Shown piece after piece: positions 1 through 13,387 of a DNA stretch of 64,000 nucleotides. Source of the DNA: Azolla caroliniana (Eukaryota; Plantae; Polypodiophyta); NCBI GenBank assembly GCA_043228905.1, contig JBHGNT010000001.1:4464001-4528000 (forward strand), read 5' to 3'. Numbering within the stretch: position 1 is the first letter of the stretch; every line of letters begins with the position of its first letter. A program made the translations under genes and the position numbers. The notes under the pieces are model-generated. The model saw only the letters and a list, made by a program, of their open reading frames with translations. It did no database searches and was not told where the DNA came from.

Positions 1-3000
1 TTATCTACTAATGAAGGAAGTGTGAGAAAACTCAGGGTGAATGGAAGGAACTCCATAGCCATGAGCACAGAGCATTGTATTAGCTGCATAGGAGCTACCA
101 CAGTGGGAATCTGCTACAGCGAAGAACATTCATATAAGATTCCAATCAGGTATATTCAAACTCAGTATGCAAGCATAATTCTGCTAGTCGACATATTTAT
201 TTTGTTGGGGTACAGTATGCACCCATGTTTTCAATCCATTCTGCCTACCCAAAGCGTAGAGATTATTACATTGAATCCTTAAAATGACAAAAAAATCATT
301 TGACAATACCAGTTCGATTATAACTTAACCTTATCTTAACGTGTTCTTGCTTGATTTAGGAACCCAATAAATGACTTTAAATGGTAAGAGTGAAAAGCTA
401 CTTATGCGCGAGCACATTTCTATTCCAAATAGTTCTTCTATTGTTGCTAGTACTATTTTATGAGAATCACATTCTAAGTCAAAGATATTGGTATCTTCTG
501 GATCACAATTTATTCTTTTTCTAATGTAAATGGTAGCAGATATTTGATCGACAGCAACCTCATGTGTGTAGGCACATTGTGTGCACAATCATGATCAAAC
601 TCTTTTGGAATATAGGAATGCCATGGCCATTGAGAGTCAATTATTATGGGTGTACCAAAGTTGTTGAGACCTCAAGAATTTAGGGAAGAGAAGAGAATGG
701 TGTATAAGACAATATGTACCTACAAATCGACCTTGCAACATAACAAGGTTATGCATTATTTCTTCATAATGAATAATGACCCGATAAAAGAGTTCTATAT
801 TGATGAGCAAATTTCTCAATTGAGAAATAAAGGTATTGGCTTTAGGAATAGATTTTCCCTAGGAAATAAGCTAAATTGCCATGTGGCCATGTGGCCATGT
901 GGTCGCTTTCCTAACTTGTCATATGTTATGAGCCATCCAAATCGTGAGCATACAATTAGATTTCGTTAGTTATTGCTTATTTAATTTGTAGAGGCCTAAG
1001 GAAGCAAAAATGAATGTGGATATTGAACAATGTTTATTATTCGACTATTTATTGTTCAATGCCTAAAATTAGATGAAAGTTATCTAATTGTTTATTTTCC
1101 TTATCAGAGTGGTTAGTGAGAATACATGAAGACCTATGTGTATATACATCTTTACAAAGAAATGTGAGCATATATTTGATCCTTGTATTTGTTGGTCGGC
1201 AACAATGTCGGTGAAGAACAATTCTTTAAAAGAGCTTCTTTTCTTTAATATGTTTACATTTGGTACATATCTATCTATCACGGATGTTCATGTGATAAGG
1301 AGGGAATAAGATAGGTGGATCAATTTAAGACTTTATCGATGTAGTTGAGGATGGAGCTAAAAGGCATTTAGATTATTTGTTCATACTAACACATATGGAT
1401 GATTGGAAAGAATAAGAACCTTAAATATAGGAGAATGAACATATGCATTGATAGAAACACATGCGTAGATAACGTGATAACATTTCTTAAGTTGTGCACT
1501 ACATGTACTTATTCCATTTAGCAAAATGAATGCAAAAACATGCACAGGTATTAGGATGAACCATTTTGGAGTGAAATCTGTAAATGTGGATGGACATAAA
1601 AATAGAAATCATCTTCCTTGATCTACTACATTTATTCCTAGAAAAAATAAGACAAATCATGAATAGCCATTAAAACATAATTCATCTTACTTAATCTACT
1701 GCATTTATTTTCATAGAAAATAAGACAAATGAGAAGTTAACATTAAAAAAAAGGCATTGTAGATATAATTGTGTCATCAAACTTTCACCAAATAAATGCA
1801 AAAGGTTGATAATCAACCCAAGCATTGCAATTCAACTAAAAATTTCCCTTGATGTTATGACCATGTATTGATCACAATATATGGAAATGCAGATCCCTAA
1901 TTGAATGCCATATCTAGGGATAGACTTCAGGTTTGTTAAGAGTGCATAAGTAATTGTAGCCTTGTAGGTTTTAAATTACCCATTTGGATAAATACTTTTG
2001 TTCATTTCCTTGAGTATGGGCTGGGCAGATTTTTGGAGAGGGGAAGATAGTGATGGTTGTGTTACATTTGATTAAAAAAAATCTCAAAGGTTTATTTCAT
2101 TCATATTTTCATATTCACCTACATGCTCTAGGTAATTTTCCCTTTTGAGGAAAAAATCAAGCAAAAATCACTTGGTGTCCTTTGTCCAACATTGTAACCA
2201 CAAATTATAGCTTAATTGGAGATGGGTTGAAACTTCATTCACCGCAAAAATATCTACGTACAATCAAAATAAAAACAAATTGGATGTTCATTACTCTTGT
2301 AGTTGGAAGCATTTATAGAAGCACTTGTATGTATCAATACATGAATGAAATAATAATAGAAGTAACTATAACATGCGTGACTAACTCCCTACCAAATTCA
2401 AAGAAGCAACCATATACGTTCTACACTAAAACATTATGTATTTGGTTAATGAAAGAATGTATCGCTAGTTTTTACAATGAGTATGTACATACATACACAC
2501 ATGGTGGGTATTTTTTACAAATCAAATGAAGATGATAAGTGTTAAATGACATGACCAACTAGTTCATGTGTTCGACTTTTATGGACTAATTCATGGATAC
2601 CATAACAACTTCACCGAAATTTCTCAAAGTGTCATGATGATTATTTAGCACATGAAAAACCTTTCATGGTTTTTAAAAAGATCCCAGTTGGTCATATATT
2701 GATGCTTAGGTTCTTGATTTCATGACTCCTCTTTTGAGCATATAGATGTTTGATGTGAAGCAATAGTACACCGCTTACGAGGAGGGATTCGCTAGATTCC
2801 TATTTGATGGAAGCTTGAAATTATGAAGTTGTGACCAACTCATTAAATGTTTGAAGTAGTGCATTACAAATGTCACTTTGAAGCAATGAGAGCCATGTTG
2901 AGAATGGCTAATGAAATATGTGAGCACTAAAAGTTTTTCAAATCGAAGAATTTTTGTGACTATATGATGTTAGTTCATATTTTTTTAAATACTAACAGAA

Positions 3001-3312
3001 AAGTCTTAATATAGGTTTAGAATCAGGGTTATTATACCCCTTTTGTTTGAATAATACCACTATGTACCTTGTCAAAAGAGTTATTATTTGCACCTGCTCA
3101 CAACTCATTGATGTTTAGCACTAATGTGATCCATGTCAAAGTTTCACAAACTAATCATATTCTTCATCTTTTGATAAGGATGAGCGTTGATGGTGTGGAG
3201 GTTAGAAGCATACTCTTGAGGGTCGAGGAGGTGTGTTGTACTTGATCAAATTAATATTTGATATATCTACCCTTGAATGGATAGTCATTATTCATTTTCA
3301 AATGAAGATGAA

Positions 3313-3598
3313 GGAGATGGTCGGATTCGTATGGATGATTCGACATGAGGGATAGTTGTGGGCTAACCAAGGCGGCCCACTGCGTTCTACATCAACATGG
3401 TTCATCATACCTCATGTGACATTATAGGAGTTGCAAGTTGGAGAATAAATGAAAGGAAAAGGAGGATAATTGCTATCATTATGGAGTCAGAGGAGATGGT
3501 CACATTCGTACGGATGACGACATAAGAGCGAGTGATGTGGACTAATTATTATGGCCCACTACATTCTGAGTTCACTACATATACAACGTCTCATGTCA
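3313..3598. repeat. Diverged direct repeat (two ~105-bp copies, period ~180 bp)
   Basis: AGGAGATGGTC..ATTCGTA.GGATGA..GACAT..GGCCCACT..CTCATGT occurs at about 3313-3420 and 3491-3598. Confidence 0.65.
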
Positions 3599-3701
3599 TT
3601 CTTTTTCGTCTTTCACTATCCTTCTTTGTGGTTTTCATAGGTCATCATGGCTAGAGCCATTGTAATGTTTTCAGCCTAATCATTTCGTCAAGTATGCAGA
3701 A

Positions 3702-4193
3702 TTTCTACTAATGAAGAATAAATTTTCAATAAAAAGAAGTTTCACAAACTAAGTTTTTGGGTGTTTATCATGTTGTTTTGTCACTCTAATAATAATGCAT
3801 ATAATCACTACGTAATCTTGACAATAATCAGGTTTTAGGGTTGCCTTGAATTGCTTAATGTGATATTATTAAAGTTATCAACGGGCCAACGTAAAGTGGA
3901 CTTATTATGCATAATATATTCGAGTTATGATTAATGTTATTCTTTACCAATTTTCTACTAATGAAGAATAATTTTTCAAAAAAAAGAAGTTTCGCAAACT
4001 AAGTTTTTGGTGTTTATGATGTTGTTTTGTCACTCTAATAATAATGCATATAATCACTACGTAATCATGACAATAATCAGGTTTTAGGGTTGCCTTGAAT
4101 TGCTTAATGTGGTATTATTAAAGTTATTAGCGGGCCAACGTAAAGTGAACTTATTGTGCATAATATATTCGAGTTATGATTAATGTTATTCTT
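3702..4193. repeat. Near-identical tandem duplication of a ~250-bp unit
   Basis: The unit TTTCTACTAATGAAGAATA...GAGTTATGATTAATGTTATTCTT occurs at about 3702-3944 and 3952-4193, with only scattered substitutions and small indels. Confidence 0.92.
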
Positions 4194-7100
4194 CATCATC
4201 ACCGTTATTATGCAAGTAACTAATGAGCACATACTTATTGTGCCAAATTATAGGAATATTGCATACTCAAATGAGCTTTGCCACTAGGTAGCCTTTGCTT
4301 TATTATTAACCAGATTTAGAATAGTACTACTACATTACTTCTCAATATAAGTAGAAACTTATGTTGATAAGTAATGTAGTAGTATTATTCTAAATAAGCA
4401 ATTTGTTATGTGTTGCACTTTACACATGTGCAAAAACATATTGAATGATAGATTTAACGTAATTGAGAGAGCTCGTGTATTTTATACTCATTGCATAGGT
4501 TGTAAGAAATATATACTTAAATCGATATAACATCAAATGTACTTAATATAATGGAATACTTGGATCGCACCAAACAATTTATGTTGACATTTGACTTGTC
4601 AATGGGTATGCTAATAGTTTCATTGAATTCTTGCATCCTCTCCCTGGTCCCATTGACTTGTCATGATCATCTTTGCAAACCGAAAAGAAAAGAGAAAAGG
4701 AATCCACCTTCTTGATCAAATGCGTGAGTATCAACCAATTTTGACTCAAATTCAAACATGGCATTGTGTGTCAAAGCACAATGCAAAATAACAAAAAACC
4801 CTATACAAACATTCTAGACTTTCGACACTCCACCATTTCAATCTAAGATTTGGATTCAAAATCACCCTTGACAACATAAATGGAGCATTCAAGAACTTAA
4901 ATAAAGTGGAATAAAAAAATGTTCACTTTGTTGAAGTAAATGTGCGCTTCAATAGCGTTGCCTCTACACTCAAGAAGACTGTGAGACTTGAGTGTGAACC
5001 TCTGGTTACCAAATTATTGTGTAATAATTCATCATCTTACATTAATTTAATTCTTAATGTGTAAACATTTGGTTTGCACTTTGTGGCACTGAGGTATGGG
5101 TTCCAACTCCTTAGACACGGTGTCTCATGTTTTGTTTTAGCTATGAAAATCTTCATATGTTTAGTTTGAGAACATGCACTATAACAATTTGTTATGGAAG
5201 AAATTGGATATACAAATACTCTTTATATAACCCACCCATTAAATTTGATACCATTGCTTTTAAAATTTGTTATGAAGCCGATGCCATTGAATATTATATA
5301 TAGGTACTTGTAATGCTTAAATATTTAGTATTGTCTTAAGTTATGTACCTTAGTCATGATTATCATTCATCAAGAAAATATATATTTGTTTGATAATGTA
5401 GGTGAATAGTTGGTATTAATTTTGACAAATGAAACAATAGTGAAATTGGTATAAAAGTCATGTTTAGGTACAAGAATTGTGTGGTGTGGGTTTCAAATGC
5501 ATGACAACGATAAGTTGGCAACTTGGATCCCAATAGATTGTACTTGTATTAGCACATCAAGATATATGTAAGAAGTGAATAAAGAAGGAAGGCGTGGGCC
5601 CCAATAAATCCAAATGATGCATGATTTTATGAATATATTCACATCCACAAATGTGTATACACGAGTGTCAAGGAGCTCTCTAGGAGTTTTTAATGAAACA
5701 GGAACTAATGTTTCACGTGGGTGGAGGCAATGAGATTCTTGTTTCCAAGATGACCAAGATCATCGTCGAAGGTATGAAGCAAGGTAGTGAACATCTTATT
5801 TCAGATGACCAACCCATTGACCATGTTATACTCTTCTACCCCCACACTTTTAGTATGCCTTCCCCTTTTTCATGTTCACATTATCTTACACACATTCACA
5901 TTTTAATGTCTAATTTTTGCAAACCCTGCATTTCAACCATGTACATTTTATTCATCCTCAACTACATCCTTCACACCCTCTCTTCAACATCACATATTGC
6001 TACATGGAATTCTCCATCTCATATGACCATTCAGCTTTATGTAGCAATAATAATTATTATTGTTGCATAAATTTCTCCCTATCATATGACCATTCAATTA
6101 TAGTGCTTATTTTCCTCCATATTATCATTAAGCCAACACCCAAGTTATTGATTGCCGACCAACAGTTAGAGGATTGGTCTATTCTCCTTCACCATTTTCA
6201 TGCATCACAAAAATGGAATCCATACAACCTTAGTCACATGTGTTATCGACTAATAAGAACAACACGAAACATGACAAAGAAAGATTATCTTCCTTTATGT
6301 CTGCTTGTCGTAGGGGCCGACCTAAGACCCTCCCATGAATTTGCCCAACAAAATGGCAATGGATCGTATGACCTGAAAATGCAGGTTCTATTCTTGTTGC
6401 TTGTAGAAATATAATGTAAACTCTGAATTCTCGTTTTTGTTAAAAAGTCAAGTTCACTTTCCTTGCCCCCCTTGTCGGGATGCGTCATGTAGTGGGTGTC
6501 TAGGGATTTGGAGTTTATTGCCAATATTTAATTTGTAGAAAATTGAGTTCTTGAACACTATATGTACATAACGTACGAGCAAGGTGGACTACCCTCCACT
6601 AAAAAAATGCCTAGAGTATATTGTGAGAATGAGAATGGTTGACAATATCAAGTTAAACAACTACAAATTAAATCCCGATTAGTGAATGCTTCATTGGGTT
6701 TCACAAATTGTCACTATGCAATGTGTAAGTTAAGAAGTGAAAATAAACATATCACAAATAAATGCTTCAGAAAACATGCCAATTTTCTCTAACAAAATGC
6801 TGGTTCAAAAAAAAGGCATGTAATGGTATGAACTCCACTTTTTGTTAAAAGATGATAATGGTTGTCAATGGGATGCTCATTTTTGTAATTAGTAAAAGAT
6901 GTATGGCTCTAAGGCCCTGACACAAGGAAGGAGAGGGTTGTGTTATTTATCTACTCTATATGTATATAAAATTCGGTAGTGAGATACTAAAGATTAATGC
7001 ATAGTACTATTCTCTTTCTTTAAAAACATTCTAGATTGCACATTGGTCAAAGTAATTGGAAAATCTTTTCAAGATCTTTGAAGTGTCTAACCATTGGTTA

Positions 7101-9627
7101 CACTTTGATAGCATAGAACTAAAATGAATGTCACTGAATGATCCCATAAGAACGAGTAGAAGGAACCTTGCATGACTGGTAGTTGTTTTACAACAACCCC
7201 CTTGCATTGAGCTTCGCATTTCAAAGAAACAATTAGACTCTCTTGATCGACCAATGACATTTTGCGTCACATGCAAAACTTTTGAATTTGCATTTTTTTG
7301 TTGCTTTCCTAACCCTTTTCTTCAATAGTTATTCTATATTATTGCTTACTATCATTCATTCTCTATGTTAATTGGGGTTCAAAGTTCACACTTTCCATCA
7401 CAAATTTCAAAGTATATTCTTCTACTATAAAGTCAACTTTATTTATGGCTATCTGTTTGTTGAAATATGGTGGGGATACCATTTTTGTTTCTATATTCTT
7501 GATTCTTTTGTGCCCACGATATCGTTTCATTTATATCCACAAATGTGGTATATCTAGTGTGACTATTCAATGCGGCGTAAATATGATTATCCAACAAACT
7601 TGTGTCATCTTAGACTTAGAAATAAGGGACGTGCCTAAATATAAAAAATAAAACCTCTTTGTAATTTACCACTTGAATTGGGGACATGATACCTCAAACT
7701 ATGTTGTTCAAGTTGGAGCCTAATTATATCTTCAAGACTATTAAGTTAAAAAATGGATCGACCAATAGTGGCAAGTCTAAGAATCAAATGTGGCCATTTC
7801 AAAGTTCTAGAATACTACCATTTAGTTCGTGTAGCCATTTTTGACAAGGACACCTTATAGAGCTTGGGATATTTCCATCACTAAGAGTTGGATGTATCGC
7901 TCAAGAATAAACTAGGTGGGTCAATGTGCATGCAATGTTGTTACTTTAAAGCACAATAGGGAAGGTGTTCACATTCTCAATCCATTATAATTAAGCAAGA
8001 TAGTGAGGATGCAACACTTCACATTTATACATTTACGAGCTCATCAAACGTCCAATAGGACACTGAATTTTTTTAAATGATATGTATTGGAGCATCGCAC
8101 CACCATTTGCCACGGGCATATGTGAATATTAATAGAGTTAACTAGCTATTTCCAACTATGAATGAATGTGTATGTATCACTATATATTTACGAACTAAAT
8201 CCCATACGTAGGTCATTGTACACGCGCGCGCACACTCACACATGTATTCTGAAATAGTAATAATAATAGGGTTTTTAGTGGACTACCTCTCACTTTGAGT
8301 CCTACAGATGTCAACGTCTTATACATGCATATGGAGATAGATATATTTTTAACAACCATGAGAGATTGATAACGATTTGTGGGATGAGGGCTATCCCGTG
8401 TGAAGATCTATCTTGGGTTCTTTCAAATTTATGATTTTGATGAGAGAGAGAGAGACTAAACAAACAAGCAATGCCAAACATCCAAAACCCTTTGAGTCGA
8501 CTGAATTTTACTTAATGTCAACCATCATTATAGTCATGATTTGGGATACAATCCCATGTGCATTTGTTTGGTTGATAGAGTCTTTGTAGCTATGAGTTGA
8601 AAACAAATTACACCTCTCAATTTGTGTTTTACTAATAATAGAGGCACAAATGTATGGTCCCTATTAGTTGTTGGATCTTATGCCATAGGGCATGTGATGC
8701 ACACCAATACTATACAAAAAGTTAGATTCATTCAAAGAGTTTGATTTGATTGTTTCGGAGAAGTATACAAGATGCTCCATTTCTACATATTTTGAGATGG
8801 ACTTTACATAAATATAAAAAAAGATCAATTAACTTTGTTTATCTTTCAAGAAACAAGGGAAGAAAACATATTGCTAGTAACCTTGGAATTTCTACATCTC
8901 CGAGATTGATTCAACAATATTGTTCCTAAAGAACTAGGTCCATGGACCACAATTGAGACCTTTTAGATCAATGACATATCCCATAAACACACTGATTTCC
9001 ATCAAGGAGACGTACAACCATCACTAAAAGTCTTTCAATTTTGTTATGAGCTAATGTCGGTTGTAACTCTTGTTTGCATGTAAGCTGAAGTCCAAAGTAT
9101 GATTAAAATCCAACTTATACTTGTTAAAGAATGCAAAAAACCAATAAGATGGTTATGGTTTTGTAAACATGTTATATCCAATTTGAGTTATAAAACATAA
9201 CGCAAAAGAAAACCACTTGAGAGATTACATGGCCCAACATTGTTGCATATCATACATTTCATAGAAATAATCGTGATAAAATATAAGGAAAATTAAAAGA
9301 ATAGTTTTTGGCTAATTAATCCATAGGGACGTCAATTCCTTAAACACCCACCCACAACTTTTAAAGCATTAGATGCATGTGGCTATAAACAACATACAAT
9401 ATCAACATTAAAAATCGTGGTTTGTATATGAATCCTCGATAAGCCAACCCATGTTGCTTCAACATCTTTGGATTTGTCACCTTTTTCTAATTTGACATGA
9501 GAAGAATCCTTGGCGATTCTAGATTATAGTCGATATTGTGGCCTGAAGCTTAACGTGCTTTATGTTAGCTTGCCTTCAAATCCCATAGATGTGGATGACA
9601 TAGGTATCCCATAGAATGCAAAACTAT

Positions 9628-10600
9628 TTTTTTTCCTTGAAAGATTTTCTTCAATAATATTAAAATATCGAAAAAATACAAGTAAAACTTATCTGCCTGT
9701 AGGCTTACAACGTAATGTATGTACACCTAAACCTGTACATAGAAAAACAACTTATACAGGGCTTTTGAACCTTAAACGGTACATTAGCATGCTAGTTTTG
9801 TATCAAGAAAGGGTCCATGGAAGATGATAATTCCATTGAGGTCATTGATTTGTCACTACAAAGAGAGGCACCTTCCTCCATAAGTGAAGAATCTTCATCC
9901 TTCTTTTATGAATATTTTCTGGAGAACCGCACATGTTATCATATTGCCCACGAACTACTGTCAACAATGTCTCCCATATCTCAAGCAATACCTCTGGAAG
10001 ACCAAGCTTTACGGCATCGTAAAGTCGACTGCATCTACATTTCCATAATACCCATAATGTTATCGTAGTCACAAATTTCCAAATCTGGACAGATCACACC
10101 TGCTTTCGAGGTTGCTAAAACAAACAAACTGATATCAATCTTCTGTTATGTACTGTCCTGGCCTCTTGTATATCATCTGCCTCATACAACATCAAGCTAG
10201 AGTGTAAAATTCCCCACATCGCTACTCCCCATGAGAACAAGCAACCAACATTGACAGTTAGGAATAAAGAAAGAACTTTATTCCATACTTGTTGAGCCAA
10301 GCGACAAGACCAAAGGACATGCATGCTTAGTAGTCTCCGGCGTTGCATAGCAAAATCCACATTGCCTAAGATTATGTGCTACATTCCCTTTTAATGTTTG
10401 GCCAACTGATAATGCTGCATGCACTAGTAGCCATCTAAAAAGAATAAATTTAGAGGGCCCCTTGAAAGACCAGATCCATCTCCAATATGTTTTCAACTGC
10501 AACGTTGAAACACCCCAGTTAGTCCAATGTTTTTGTGCTACTGGCGCCATTACATTCATAGACCTGAGTAATGACCTTCCTAGCTTTACTGAATACTGAA
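9628..10600 (-). mobile_element. 5'-truncated L1-type LINE (3' end of ORF2 with zf-RVT, 3' UTR, short poly-A)
   Basis: Minus-strand peptide YWRWIWSFKGPSKFILFRWLLVHAALSVG..CGFCYATPETTKH/VLWSCRLAQQVWNKV matches the zf-RVT pattern. A T-run at about 9627-9634 is the A-tail on the minus strand. The element is flanked by an exact 15-bp TSD AGAATGCAAAACTAT at 9613-9627 and 10601-10615. Confidence 0.88.
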
Positions 10601-11319
10601 AGAATGCAAAACTATCTGATGTTGTCAAGTTTAGGAAGTTAATGCTTCAAAGTACCATGAAAAGTAGCCCCATGTACCCAAACAAGGGGTTTGTGTCATA
10701 TTTAAGATTTTGATAATATTTCTAAAGTATCATGGAAGGACACGAACCATATGAGCGCCACACCTTGAAGGGACATCATGCAACATTTATGTACCATAAT
10801 GCCTTTGTGAGCAATACTTCATTAAATCCATGTGATCCAAAGTATATACACATTATATTGCACCTTGCATGGAAGCAAATTAATGCATTCTGCATTAGTA
10901 GTGCATAGGGCATTCTAGTGGGGGCAACAAAGGATGAATGCATTATCGAAGTATTTCTTCATGGGATGATGGATCCATCAAAATGTTGGCTTGAAAATAG
11001 AAATTTGAGGTGTGGGAGTCAAAATACTCATGTCTCTTTTCTTTTCTCAAGACAACATGAAATGAGTCTGCTTGTGAAATAATGACCATATGAGAGAGAT
11101 GGCAAACAATGGTATTGGTATTGCAACAAGTTAGGGGTCACCATGCATTTTAATCTCCAAAAAGTGATATACAGATTTGGTTTATGTACGTGAAAGTTGT
11201 GAAAGTTACGAGCAATATTTTAGTGCCTCCTCCTCCACCACCATTGAGCACACGTCTCTTCTTCTTCTTGTTTCTGCTCATAGAAAAGAGCATGCATGCA
11301 TGCACATACATCACATACA

Positions 11320-11321
<2 letters not shown>

Positions 11322-11360
<39 letters not shown>

Positions 11361-11700
11361 TACATACATACATACATACACATACAAGGGGGTGTTTTGA
11401 GAAATTCATGAAAACAAAGACGAGCATTTTTGATAGATTTATACACGCACACACGCACAAACACACCCCTATCCACCCGCACCAATATAAGGGGGTGTTT
11501 AGTGAAATTCATGAAAACAGAGGCGGCGTTTTTGGTAGGTTTCCGACATGATACATACATACATACATACATACATACATACATACATACATACATAATG
11601 ATAAGTCTGTATGTATGTATCTATCATTATTATGGATGCACACGTGCTTCTAGTGGATATATATATGGATGGATATGCATATGCACACACACACACACAC
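11322..11700. repeat. Microsatellite block ((CA)n, (CATA)n) with a duplicated ~50-bp core
   Basis: (CA)n and (CATA)n runs flank two copies of AAGGGGGTGTTT.G.GAAATTCATGAAAACA.AG.CG..TTTT at about 11385 and 11489. Confidence 0.85.
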
Positions 11701-12029
11701 GTGATTGGAATGGGACAAAAGGGGATGAACAACTTTGAAACAGTCCTCCTTCTCTTCTTCTTGTTTTTATGGGACAGGAATTGGAGAGAGTGCATCCGCT
11801 TCTCTAAAAGCGCATGCAATAACACATTCATTCATTCATTCATTCATTTCAATACATACATATTGAAATTTGAGGAGATATAATGTATGTAGCTAAAAAA
11901 ACGAGCAATCTGTGTGTGTATGTGTGTTTGGTGTGATATAATTTTACTCCAGCTTTCCATTACTCTGTTCCTTCACTCTCTCCCTACTTTCCTTTTTACT
12001 CTTCAGTTGACGAGTCTCTTGTGGGTCCA

Positions 12030-12030
12030 A

Positions 12031-12063
<33 letters not shown>

Positions 12064-13387
12064 CTGTCTTAAGTGCATCCCATCTGCTACCCCTACGCAT
12101 ATCATCCTCTTCATCCCCTTGCTTGCTTACTTCCTCCTTTGTATGCTCTGTCTCTCCCCTGTTTCTTTCTCCTTCTCCTCCTTCTGATCTGTCCTTATTT
12201 CTTCTTCTTCTTCTTCTTCTTCTTTTTTGTTCTATTTCCTGCTGCTCTGCTGCTCACAAACACCAACTCTTCCCTCTCCTTTTCAAGATTGAGGTAATCT
12301 TGTGCACAATATTTCATTTTTGGTTTGTGTGGGAGTGATAAAATCGTTCATTCTATTTGTTTGAGAGGCAGCGAAAGTTTTGTTTCAGTGAGAGCCAGAG
12401 AGAAGACTCTACTTAGGATACTGTTATTTGAGAGAGTGAGTGAGAATATTCTATTCAGGACACAAATATTGAAGAGCGTGTGTGTGTGAGAGAGATTCCT
12501 GTTTAGAATGCTAATGCTTGCTTGTTAGATCAATGGCGATTGCAACTTTAGATTATTAAAAAGAAAAGGTAAGTTTTTAACCTACTTATAACTTAGTTCA
12601 ATTATGCCTTAGGATACTGGTCTCTATCTAAAAAATAGCATGGAGATCTTGATCCATTCCAACAGATCCATTAATTATTATACATAAAACAGCTCAATCC
12701 ATGGTTGAGTTATCCACTTCTCACAATATTCAATCATTTGCATGATATTGAGATATAATTTATCCATCATCAATGGATATATATTTCCATTGATAATTCT
12801 GCATCTATTTAACTGAGCTAATTCTGCATCAAGGATGTTTATGCTTAGTCCTGGCTAACTTTTTTAATGAGCGTCTCTTTTCCTTCTCTGAATGTGAAAA
12901 TTTGATTATCAGTGTAGATACTCTATATGATATAGAAAAGTAATTATCCCTATTAATGGATATAGATGAAATTCAATTTCATTGTTCTCCTTGGCCTAGA
13001 CACATATGTCTATAGCCATTGAAATAATCAAATTGAGAATGAGGCATTTTTGGTAGGAATGTCTGTTTTAAAAGAAAGTTTGCCATAACTTATTTTAAAT
13101 GCCATCATAAAAGATAAGTTTGCTATAGAAGCATCTAATTTCACATACTGGTAAAGGACAAGTTGGCATACTGGCGTATCTATTTCTACATGCTACCATA
13201 AGAAACAGTATTTGTATGATGATGATGATGGTGTTATGTGACTGACTAGATCCACGTGTGCAGTATCATATCTTGTGAATTGTGTATCTGTAGAGTTCTA
13301 CACATCTTGTTTGGGTTGTTGATTGATCTATATCCCTGAAAATCTCTCTGCTATGCTTTGGTGCAGGTTGCATAAAAGCCGTGCAAT
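12030..13387 (+). promoter_or_regulatory. Probable ACC 5' UTR: CT-rich leader exon plus ~1.07-kb leader intron (12294-13366)
   Basis: CT/CTT-rich leader at 12030-12293, donor GAG|GTAATC at 12294, acceptor GTGCAG| at 13366. An in-frame TAA lies 15 nt upstream of ATG 13388. Confidence 0.6.

Noticed and set aside
22-9600. Many short ORFs in the first 9.6 kb, possibly decayed transposon coding sequence
   Set aside because: No recognisable protein motifs, splice structure or element boundaries.
11150-11883. Several overlapping ORFs (MYVCMYVC.., HTHTHT..)
   Set aside because: They are translations of CA/CATA microsatellites.
12021-12338. Ser/Leu-rich ORF as a possible ACC transit peptide
   Set aside because: It has a non-ATG start and derives from CT-repeat sequence; after splicing, this frame hits TAA before the ACC ATG.
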